A program made the position numbers and the translations under genes. A stretch of 64,000 nt of DNA from Octopus vulgaris (taxonomy: Eukaryota): assembly GCA_951406725.2 (NCBI GenBank), contig OX597817.1, positions 88,536,001-88,600,000 of the forward strand, read 5' to 3'. The notes beneath the pieces are model-generated. The model searched no databases. It saw nothing but the letters and a program-made list of their open reading frames with translations, and was not told where the DNA came from. Positions within the stretch are counted from its first letter, which is position 1, and every line of letters begins with the position of its first letter. Of the stretch, positions 25,634 through 36,740 are shown in pieces.

Positions 25634-28600
25634 GAAACACTGACGGGGTTGGAGGCGTGGGTATACTTCTTGCTGAAAAATGGGTAGATAAGGTACTTGA
25701 GGTAATCAGAGTAAGTGACAGAATACTTAAGATTAGAATAGTGCTTCATCATGGATTAGCAACCATTATATCGGCCTATGCCCCTCAGCCAGGGCTACCT
25801 GATGGACAGAAAGACCAATTCTATGACGCCTTACTGCAGACTACCTCGTTGACGAACAACAGAGACCTCTTTGTGGCTGGTGATTTCAATGGGCATGTTG
25901 GAAAACATGCTGGGGGCTTCCATGGTGTACATGGAGGCTATGGCTATGGTTCCCGCAACAAGGAGGGAACCAGGCTCCTGGAGTTCTGCGACGCAAATGA
26001 TCTCATGGTTTGCAACACTAACTTCAGGAAACCTACCAGCCACCTAGTCACCTACCGATCGGGTCGACATACCAGCCAAATTGACTACATCCTTGCCAGG
26101 AAAAGGGAAAGATGGCTGCTTATAAATGCCAAAACCTTCCCAGGCGAAGAATGTACCCCACAACATAGACTGGTAGTTAGTGACTTTAGGATCAGGACTA
26201 AGAGGATGACCAGAAGACGACCAACATGGAGAAGAAGGATCTAGAAGCTTAAAGATCCTGCAAATGGACAGAGATTTAGGGACATATTACTTGAAACCTT
26301 TGACGAAGTAGAAGGGGATAGAGCATCACAGGGTGTAGAAGACAACTGGACGTTTCTAAGGGACAACCTGCTGAGAGCCACTGACCAGATCTGTGTCTGG
26401 TGCAAAGTCCCCTCTCGACCTAGAATAACGTGGTGGTGGAACAATGTTGTAGACAGGGCTATTAGAGAAAAGAGACAGGCTTGGAAGGACTGGAAAAATG
26501 GGGGTAGCAGGGAATTGTATCAGACTGCCAAAAGAGAAGCTAGGAGACAGGTTTATTTAGCCAGAGAGGAAGCAGATAAGAAAAAATTTGCCAATGTTCT
26601 GCGCCGTGAGGACCAAAGACTTGAGGTATTTCGCATTGCAAGACAGTGTGTGAGAGAGAATCGTGATGTGGTAGGAGAGAAATGTGTTCGCATGGATGAT
26701 GGTTCACTTGCGCTAAATGAGGATGCAAAGAGAGAGGTGTGGAGACGCCACTATGAAAGGTTGCTGAATGAAGAAAATGAATGGGATAAAGAGAGTCTGC
26801 TGAATGTCGACCCAACAGAGGGACCAGCTATCCGAGTTGACAGTTTCTTGGTAATTGAGGCAATTAGAAGCATGAAGACAGGGAAAGCCCAGGCCCATCA
26901 GGAATTACTGCAGAGATGCTCAAAATATCTGGTAATGTCGGCTATAGCCTAGTCACCCGTATAGTTAACCAGGTGATACACGAAGGAGTCATACCCAATG
27001 ACTGGTGTAGCAGCATAATAGTCAACTGCTACAAAGGTAAAGGTGACGCCCTAGATACAAATAATTACAGGTATCAAGCTGTTGGATCAGGTAATGAAGG
27101 TTATGGAGAGGGTCATAGCCCAACTATTTAGAGAGAGAGTTAGTTTAGATGAGATGCAGTTTGGATTCATGCCAGGGAAAAGCACCACTGATGCCATATT
27201 CCTGGTAAGACAGCTGCAGGAGAAATATCTAACCAAAGATAAGCCCCTGTACCTGGCTTTCGTTGACATGTAGAAAGCTTTCGACAGGGTCCCCCGATCT
27301 CTTATCTGGTGGTCAATGAGGACATTAGGGATAGATGAGTGGTTAGTGAGAGCTGTGCAAGCCATGTACAGGGACGCTGCTAGTAAGGTGAGGGTTGGCT
27401 ACGAGTACAGTGAAGAATTCCGGGTAGAGGTAGGGGTCCACCAAGGTTCAGTCCTCAGCCCCCTCCTATTTATCATAGTCCTCCAGGCAATAACGGAGGA
27501 ATTCAAGATAGGATGCCCCTGGGAGCTCCTCTATGCTGATGACCTTGCTCTAATTGCTGAGTCACTATCAGAACTGGAGGAGAAGTTTCAGGTGTGGAAG
27601 CAAGGATTAGAATCGAAGGGCCTTAGAGTCAACCTAGCTAAAACCAAAGTCCTAATAAGTAGGAAGGTAGACAAGTCACAAACGCCTTTAGGTAGATGGC
27701 CTTGCTCGATCTGTAGGAAAGGCGTAGGTAGAAACTCTATAAGATGCACCAAGTATAAGCTATGGACACACAAGAGGTGCAGCAACGTCAAGGGAAGGCT
27801 AACTAGGAAGATAGTTTTTGTATGTGGCAGATGCTCAGGAGCAACAAACACCGAAAATGCTCTGAGACCAACTCCCGTCACTTTCCAGGGAGAAAAACTA
27901 GAAATAGTTGATAGCTTCCGTTACCTAGGTGACCAAGTCAGTAGCGGGGGCAGATGTGTTGAAAGTGTAACTGCTAGAGTAAGAATAGCTTGGGCAAAGT
28001 TCAGAGAGCTCTTACCTCTGCTAGGGACAAAAAGCCTCTCGCTCAGAGTAAAAGGTAGACTGAATGATGCTTGTGTACGAACAGCCATGCTACATGGCAG
28101 TGAAACATGGGACGTGACTGCTGAGGATATGCGTAATCTCGCAAGAAATGAAGCCAGTATGCTCCGATGGATGTGTAATGTCAGTGTTCATACTTGACAG
28201 AGTGTAAGTACCTTGAGAGAGAAGTTGGACCTAAGAAGCATCATTTGCTGTGTGCTAGAGAGACGTTTGTGCTGGTATGGCCATGTGGCGAGAATGAATG
28301 AAGATAGTTGTGTGAAAATCAAAAAATCAAAAAATCAAAAAATCAAAAATCAAAATTGATCAACATGAATGGAAATTGTCGCTGTGATATCAGTGTTGGT
28401 GGCACATAAGAGAACCATCCGAACGTGGCCGTTGCCAGTGCTGCCCTGACTGGCTTCCATGCCAGTGGCACGTAAAAAGCACCATCCGATCGTGGCCGTT
28501 GCCAGCCTTGCCTGGCCTCTGTGCCGGTGGCACGTAAAAAGCACCATCCGACCGTGGCTGTTTGCCAGACTTGTCTGGCACCTGTGCAGGTGGCATGTAA

Positions 28601-28773
28601 AAAGCACCCACTACACTCATGGAGTGGTTGGCGTTAGGAAGGGCATCCAGCCGTAGAAACATTGCCAGGTCAGACTGGGCCTGGTGCAGCCTTCTGGCTT
28701 CCAAGACCCCAGTTGCACCGTCCAACCCATGCCAGCATGGAAAGCGGACGCTAAACGATGATGATGATGATGA
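25634..28773 (+). mobile_element. RTE-clade LINE with APE endonuclease and RT, several stops/frameshifts, 3' UTR and (GAT)n tail
   Basis: APE motifs SAYAPQ, GDFNGHVG, SQIDYIL, QHRLVV; RT LYADDL; closely similar to 21672-24180 in opposite orientation. Confidence 0.97.
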
Positions 28774-29428
28774 TATATATATGTGAGGGGAAGTCAAAAA
28801 TTATTTACACTTTTGCCATTATATATCTTTATTATTGTTATACTGTTTTTTGGGCATATGCGCTTATATTTGGCACTTTTGTGGTCCTGTGATTGAAGTT
28901 TGAGCACTGTCTCTTTATTGTGCTAAAAGCTTCCTATGAATTTCAGCACCTGACACACCTTCTGACCAGAGAAATCAGATCATTGATCTTTGTTCTTCTT
29001 TGGTGCACATTGCTAGTGGAGCGAGCATGTTTACACTGTAAAACCAGAAAGAAAAACAGCATAGTCTGGCTCAAACTTCAATCATGTGACCACAATAGTA
29101 CCAACTATAAGCGTGCATGTGCAGAAGGCAGTGTGACAATAATAAAGATATGTCTATATATATATATATATATATTGGGTCATCCCATAAATAATGCAGT
29201 TTTTTTTATACTTCTTTTATTTTTCATAATTAAGAAAGTTTTTTTTCATCTAAAATATACTCTCCTTCATTTTATACAATGCTATTACATCTATCTGGTA
29301 GACTTGCAAGGCCCCTCTTCCAAAATTCACTCATCTGTGATGAAAAATACTCCTGCAGTACTGTTCTGGCCTTGTCTACAGAATTCATATATTTTCTGTC
29401 CGAGTCTGTTACACATCAGAAAAAGATA

Positions 29429-32032
29429 CATCATCATTGTTTAATATCCACCTTCCATGCCAGTATGGGTTGGATGGTTTGACAGGAGGCAGGCAGGTAG
29501 AAGACTACACCAGGTTTCTGTGTCTGTTTTGGCATGGTGTTTATGGTTGGATGCCCTTCCTAACACCAACCACCCCACAGAGTGGACTCAGTGGTTTTTA
29601 TGTACCACCAGCACAAGCAAGGTTGGTTTTGGCATGATTTTTACAGCTGGATGCCCTACCACTTCACAATATAGACTGGATACTTTTTACATGGCACCGG
29701 CAAGGTCACCAAGACAAGGAATTTTTGAGAGGGGAGGAGGCATTGGAGGAGGTGACCATATGTCAGATGATGAAAGGTTATAGTGAGACAGAGACAGAAA
29801 CAGAGAGATAAATTGTAGCAATTGCCAGTGAATGCCTTCAAGGTATGGAGGTCATAATATATGTGGCCAGGTATTGCCAAGAAGGCATGAGTAGGGAGTA
29901 GTGGTGGGGATTGCAGTGACTGGTGAGAACCTGGGTATAAAGTGGGGGAGGGGAAACAGTGATACAGTGAGCAGTGCAGGGAGGGCAGGGATGGCAAGTG
30001 GGAGATAATCATAATGTATGAAGAGGAAATGTGAGGAAGAGAAAAGATTCAGTTTGGAAGAGGAGATGTTGATTGGTTTCTTGAGGTAGGGTGTGTGAAA
30101 ATTTTATCCTTACATATGGGTGGGACATAATTTTTCTAGCACTCAATTTCACTGACATAGGCAGGTCTTCTCTAGAACCTCATATCACCAAACATCTCAG
30201 GCCATTGTCTTTTCTACATGACCTGCAACAGTCCTGAGATCTTCCTGGGTCTCCCTCTTCCACAGGTACCATCCACTTTTAGTCACTGGCACTTCTTTAT
30301 ATAACTGTCTTCATTCATATGCATTACATGTCCAAATCAAAGTAGTCTCCTCTCCTACATGCCACATTTAATTTCTGTTATACCTAACTTTTCTCTCAAC
30401 ACATTTGCACTTTATCTTGTACACTGATGTTGCACATCTTAGCGAAGCATACTGCCTTCATTCCTCTCTAGTCTATGCATGTCTTCTGCATTCTGAGCCT
30501 ATGTTTCACTACCATGGAGTAAAGCCGATCATACACAAGCATCATACAATGTATCTTTCACACTGAGAGAGAGTCCTTTTGTTGCCAACAGAAGTAATAG
30601 CTCTCTGAACTTGTTCCATCTTATTCTTATTCTAGAAACAATACTTTCAAAGCATCTACCACCATTACTAATCTGGTCACCTAAGTAACAGAAACTATCT
30701 ACCACCTCAAGAGAGCCTTCTGGGCATTTGAGAGGGTCTAAGTCTAGAGTTCTCTTAGTGCTTGTTGTTCCTGCACATCTGCCACACATGCAGGTGACAT
30801 TATCTGTTAATCTGCCTGTGATTCCCTTATGTGTCCATTGCTTACACTGGGTGCAGTATATGGAATTACTTCCCACTCCTTTCCTACATATTGAGCAGGG
30901 CCATTTACTTGATGGAAAGAGAGTCTTATCTGCTTTCTCGCTGACAACAACTTCGTTATTTGCTAGGTTAACTTTAAGGCCCTTTGATTCTAGGTTTTGC
31001 TTCCATACTTGGAATCCAGTTTTGAATTCCTCTGTTATGACCTGGAGGACTATGATGAATAAGAGTGTTCTAAGAACTGAGCCCTGGTGAACCCCTACCT
31101 GTATGCTAAATTTATCACTGTATTCATGGCTGACTCTCACCTTACTAACAGCATTGCTGTACATGGCTTTTACAGCTCTAACAAGCCACTCCTAACTTCC
31201 TTAGAGACCACCAGATAACAGCAGGGAACTCTGTCAAAAGCTTTCTCCAGGTCAATGAAAGCTAAGTACAATGGTTTACTTTTGGCCAAATACTTTTCTT
31301 GTAACTGTCTCACTAGGAAGATGGTATCTTTAGTACTCTTCCCAGGAACAAAACTACACAACATCTCATCTAGTTTAATTCTATTCCTAATCAATTGAGC
31401 TCCAACTCCCTCAATAAATTTCATGACCTGGTCAAGCAGTTTGATACCACTGTACTTGTTTCTATCTAAGGCATCACCTTTACCCTTGTAGCAGCTAACT
31501 ATAATACTACTACACCAATCATTGGGGATGACACCTTCCTGAGTAACCTGATTAACTATGTGAGTGACTAGGCTGTATCCCACACCACCGGATATTTTAA
31601 TCATCTCAGCAATGATACCCAATGACATAGGGGATTTCCTTGTCTTCACATCCTTAATTGCCATATCTATTATACTACTATCAATTCTGATGACTGGTCC
31701 CTCAATTGGTTCAATAATTGCAAGACTCTCCCTGTTTCATTCATTTTCCACAGTTAATAACCTTTCATAGTGGCACCTCCATGCATCTTTCTTTTCTGAG
31801 TCACTAAGTGCAAGCATACCATTATCCATTCATGCACATTTCTCATCCACCACATTTCTATTCTCTCTGATACACTGCTTTGCAATCCTGAACACCTCAT
31901 GCCTCTGATCCTCATGCTGTAGAACATTTGCAAATCTCTGCTATTCCTTTCACTATGTAACCATGTCGCCTAGCTTCCCTTTTGGTTACCTGACATAATT
32001 CTCTGCTTCCATAATTTTTCCAGTCTTTCCAG
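29429..32032 (-). mobile_element. Older RTE-clade LINE, 5'-truncated
   Basis: DLEKAFDRVP, GVHQGSVL, CSIC..CTQC; YADD segment deleted; (CAT)n tail at 29429. Confidence 0.9.
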
Positions 32033-32193
32033 GGATATTTATTTCTCATTTTTATTGTAATAAAGCATTTGTCCCAGAATAGTTAAAAATTTTACTTTCT
32101 GTGTGAGACTAAAAGTAGATTTTGTGTTGATAACTGTGGGTAGTAAACAAAATTCTCTAAGTATTCTTAAAATAAATATCTTTGTATTTTTAG

Positions 32194-32226
32194 AGTCTGA
32201 CTGAGTCAATGGCACAACGGAAAAAG
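32194..32226 (+). CDS. CFAP54: CFAP54 microexon, 33 nt, phase 0-0 (SLTESMAQRKK)
   Basis: tttgtatttttag| acceptor, AAG|gtacag donor, frame-preserving. Confidence 0.7.
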
Positions 32227-32406
32227 GTACAGATATATTTATTTCCTATTCTTATTGCAATAAAATGTTTGTCTCTCAAAAGTTGAAAATTTTACTTTTA
32301 GTGTAAGACTAAAAAGAAAATCTTAAGCTGTTCATCTTCAAAAGTTTGAGCATTAAAAGTTTCCAGAATTTAAAAATGAGAAGAGCATTTTTGCAATGGC
32401 TAGGTA

Positions 32407-33695
32407 CGAGGGACGTTCAATAAGTAATGCCTCTGACCCACTTGCAGTTGTTTGATCTAGCTGAAATTTTGCATGTGCAATCATTTATATCTCTATAGAA
32501 TAAATGGCAAATTACAGCTCTGAATTAATTGTGGTTTCTGATTTACAGGTGTTTGAACCGAGTCAAGTGTGAAATGGAGCCTGTTGAGTGTTGAGCAGTG
32601 ATCCGGTTTTTGTATTTGAAAGGACGCACACCACGGGAGACTTTTGATGAAATGAAAGTAACTTGTGGTGATGATGCCCCATCATATGACCTTGTAAAAC
32701 GCTAGCATCGTGAATTCAAACATGGTTGGAACTCTGTGGAAACAGCTCCCAGATCTGGTCGCCCCCTTCTGCCATTGATGAGGCATCTGTCCGTCAAGTT
32801 GAGGCTGCCATTTTGGAAGATCGATGCATAATTATTCGCGAAATAGCCCATGAGGTCAAGATTAGTACCGGGTCTGTGGAAACTATCATTCATGACCATT
32901 TGCATATGCAAAAGGTGTCTGCCAGATGGATTCCCAGGTTGCTCACGCCTTTCCAGAAGCAAGAACGCGTCGAGTGCTCGAGGGTGAATTTGGAGATGTG
33001 CCAAGAAGATGAGTCAAAATTTTTCAAAAGACTGATTACACAAGATGAAACCTGGGTCCATCACGATGATCCAGAGACCAAAGCCCAGTCAATGCAGTGG
33101 AAGCACCATGACTCACCCCCTCCAAAGAAGGCAAGGGTGCAGCCCTCCACTGGCAAGGTCATGCTCACAGTCTTCTGGGACCAGGACGGAGTAGTGATGA
33201 CAGATTTCTTGACAAAGGGTACCACAATTGCAGGAGCCTATTATGCTTCACTTTTGAGGAAATTAAGAGAAGTTATCAAAATCAAGAGGTGGGGTAAGAT
33301 CAGCAAAGGCATCCTCCTCCTACAGGACAATGCTCCGTCCACAACTCGCTTGTCGCCAGATCAGAAGCACAGGCGTATGGCTATGAACTCCTCCCATCCC
33401 CCCTACTTTCCTGACCTTGCACCCTCTGATTTTCACCTCTTCCCAATCATGAAGTTGTTTTTGAAAGGAAAGCGTTTCCCAGATGATGCAGCCTTGATTT
33501 CTGAAGTCACGTTGAGGTTGGAGGACCAAGCTGGGTTCTTCTACAAAAACGGTCTCCAGAGCCGCATCAAATGATAGGAGAAATGCGTAACTCTGGGTGG
33601 TTCCTATGTAGAAAAAGACTAATAACTGTGCCAAGTTTTGTTGCTCTACTGCTATGGGAAGTGGGTCAGGGGCATTACTTATTGAACGCCCCTCG
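32407..33695 (+). mobile_element. Full-length (1289 bp) mariner DNA transposon, D,D34D transposase pseudogene
   Basis: TIRs cgagggacgttcaataagtaatgcctctgacccac / gtgggtcaggggcattacttattgaacgcccctcg with TA duplication; WIPRLL, TQDETW, QDNAP, YFPDLAPSDF; stops and frameshifts after the ATG at ~32574. Confidence 0.95.
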
Positions 33696-35049
33696 TAATA
33701 TGAATCATGCTGAATGGATAGGGACAGTCAACAAAAGATCAAGACAAAATGAAAATGTTGAAGAAGGAAATTGTCTTCCAGAAGCCAAGCCATGAAATCA
33801 AACAACAAGAAAAGAAGAGTGGAAAGTTGAAGAAAGACCATCATTTGAATATAGCATCATTTGAATATAGCAAAAACACAACTTATGAATCTGATCCAGT
33901 TGACTTTATTGGTAGAAGTGGTCAGGTTATGTTTCTCAGTCCAAAAATCAGACTGAAACCATCTTGATGAAATTATGCCTTACCAATAGGAAGTTATATC
34001 AATATTGATAACAGAGGGTAAGATGGCAAGCTAGTAGAATCATTAGCATGCCAGGCAGAATGCTTAGTAGCATTTCATACATCCTTACGTTCTGAGTTCA
34101 AATTCTGCTGAGATTGACTTTGTCTTTCATCTTTTTGAGGTTGATAAATTAAGTACCAGTTGAACACAGGAGTCGATGTAATTGACTTAGCCTCTTCCCC
34201 TGAAATTGCTACCCTTGTGTCAAATTTTGAAACCAATATCAATGACAGAGGGTAAAGAATCTTGAAATTACCCATGAACAGCACCTGAGTGTGATGCATT
34301 TCAATGTTTATTTAAAAAATAGTGAAAAGGTTTAATTTACTTAGGAAAATACCTATAACTGCATCCAGCGAAGACCTATTCCAAGTTCACAGCGCTCTTT
34401 CAAGTATGTTAAATTGATCAATTTGCCCAAGCTCTTCTATACTGCAATCTTCCAAGATATTACATTTGGTAGGACCAAAGAAAATGGAGGTTTATTCATA
34501 CCTAGGTATCTGGTTGTTTGATCAAGTGATACTCTCAGATGCATTGACACAATCTACCCAAATAAGTTTATTTTTAATGAGCCTTTTGTTTCATTGTTTC
34601 AACATATGAAAGTTCCTACATCTTTAGAATTTCTGGAAATTGAGAATGGAACACAGTTCAGTACCATTAGAAAAGTATGCCTACAGTTGAGGCTTTTGAG
34701 AGATGTTCGAAATCTGAATGCTATTTAATATTCTATTAATTTTTTTTTTGTTTTGTTTTCTGGGGTATCTCAATTTTCATTATGTTTTATTTGATATGAA
34801 TAGATCCCAGTGGGAAACAGTATTCTTGCTATGACCATACAAAGGCAGAGAAAAGGGGATGATGACACTCATATCTCTGGACCAGAAAGTTCTGAGGATC
34901 TAGAAACTCATCTTGCAAGCCATATTGACTTTATAGTTGATGTGGTTGCTTCAGCTGAGGTTGTCACAGTTCCTCCTAAATCTCTTATATTGTTGGTTAT
35001 TGTCATTGGTTCTTGTGAAGAAAGAGAGCATGGCTATTTGAAAACATTC

Positions 35050-36080
35050 TCTTTTCCAAAGTGCATGAATTCAAATTTTCCCTAATTTAGCAGCATGTTG
35101 TTTTCGTTTGTTCACCCATTGGCTTACAGCATGTAGATTAGGCTGGAGAAGTTTTATTTGATCTTCTTCTCCATTAATAATTTTTTGAAGCTTGAGTCAT
35201 TTGTGAATATTTTTATTTCACTGAGCTTGATGACATTTGATATGTGTCTGTATAGCCTATGAAGAGAAGCGGGCCTACTGCAGTTCCTTGGGAGACACCA
35301 CTGGTAACTTTTGCTGGGTTTGAGTGGGTTCCATTGAATATAGGCTGTTGGATTCTGCTCACCAAGAAATACTTGATCCAGTGCAGCAGTTTTCTACAGA
35401 TTTCGATGTAGGGCAATTTTAACAGTAGGAAATTGTGGTTGACTCTGTCAAAGGTTTTGATGAAGTCAAGAAATATAACGTCAGAGTTTGAGTCCTCAAT
35501 CAAAACTTTAAAACCTTTTAGTGTTCAAACTGGCCATATCTGACCAAAATATTCTGCCTCTTTTATGTTCAAACTGGACAGATCCAACATTTCACACCTG
35601 CCTTACAATGTCATAGTAAAAATAAACAATCATATCACTGAAATCTCAAAGCTATAAGGTAATGTATGATTAATTCAAGACAATGTGAATAAAAAAGCAT
35701 TAGATTTGCCAGAGAAATCTGAATACTAAAGGGTTAAGGATGTCATCAAATTAATGCAGAAGCTGTTTAAGGTAGTCAGTCTCTGTCGCAACAAAAATCA
35801 TGTTGGTTGTAATTTAGGAGACTGTTACTCACCAGGAAGCCAGTTGTTCTTGATTTCACCATCCTTTCAAATACTTTCAAATACTTTAAGAGAGGCGAGT
35901 GACTTTGGGCCTGCTTCCATTTTGAAAACTGGAATGACAAATTGTGACAAATGTTTGAGCATTATTACTAAGAGTAGTTGACAGCTTCTATTTCTAAGGG
36001 AGCATAATTAATAAAAGAAGTGGTTGCTCTGAAAGTTTAGTAGCTAGGGTAAGAACAAACTGGAAAAAGTTCAAGTGCTT
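35050..36080 (-). mobile_element. Decayed CR1/Jockey-group LINE RT fragment interrupted by a MITE
   Basis: VIFLDFIKTFDRVNH..LLLKL, VTSGVSQGTAVGPLLF. Confidence 0.75.
35514..35733. mobile_element. piggyBac-like MITE (~220 bp)
   Basis: Ends cctttt agtgttca / tgaatactaaaggg|ttaa; TTAA-type flanks; LINE sequence resumes on both sides. Confidence 0.6.
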
Positions 36081-36529
36081 ATTATCTTTGCAAGCAACAA
36101 AGGTTTTCTCACTCAAAGTTATAGATTGTATGAAACTTGTATTCAACCTCAATGATGAATGGTAGTGAGTGAGACACGGGCCTTGAGTGCAGAAGACTTG
36201 CTGAGACTACATCAAACAGTCCGTGCCCAATACACTCTACCTTCCCTTATCTGTACATTCTTCATCTCCTTCTCTCTCTCTCTCTCTCTCTCCAATCTGG
36301 ACCTCTTTGTTTTGTCCCTCTTATGTCCTGTCCACTTCTACCCTCCCATTCCCACCCCAATAATTCTACCTATACCATCTGTCTCTTAAAAAACGGTGTT
36401 GAAACATATTGTGTATTGTAGAAATATAACCAATTTATTGGGCATAAATTTATCATCAAAATCTTATGTGGACCCCCAAGGACCATATAGACTCTTGTTG
36501 AGAATCACTGCTTTAAGTAATGTTTATAC

Positions 36530-36585
<56 letters not shown>

Positions 36586-36698
36586 AAACACCTCTTCATA
36601 AAAACAAATTTATGAATTTGATTTTAAGACATTTTCATGATAATTGGAGAAAAATATTCTAAATTTAAATTATTTGGTTTATGTTATTTATATTTCAG

Positions 36699-36740
36699 GG
36701 TGGAAAATCGAAGCCGAAAGAAAAGAAGCCACAAACTAAA
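36699..36740 (+). CDS. CFAP54: CFAP54 microexon, 42 nt, phase 0-0 (GGKSKPKEKKPQTK)
   Basis: tatttcag| acceptor, AAA|gtaaga donor, frame-preserving. Confidence 0.75.

Noticed and set aside
28785-29400. 183-aa ORF 28893..29444 and nearby mariner-like TIR fragments
   Set aside because: The ORF crosses a (TA)n tract and unrelated relics; the TIR-like ends at ~28785 and ~29175 have no partners I could verify.
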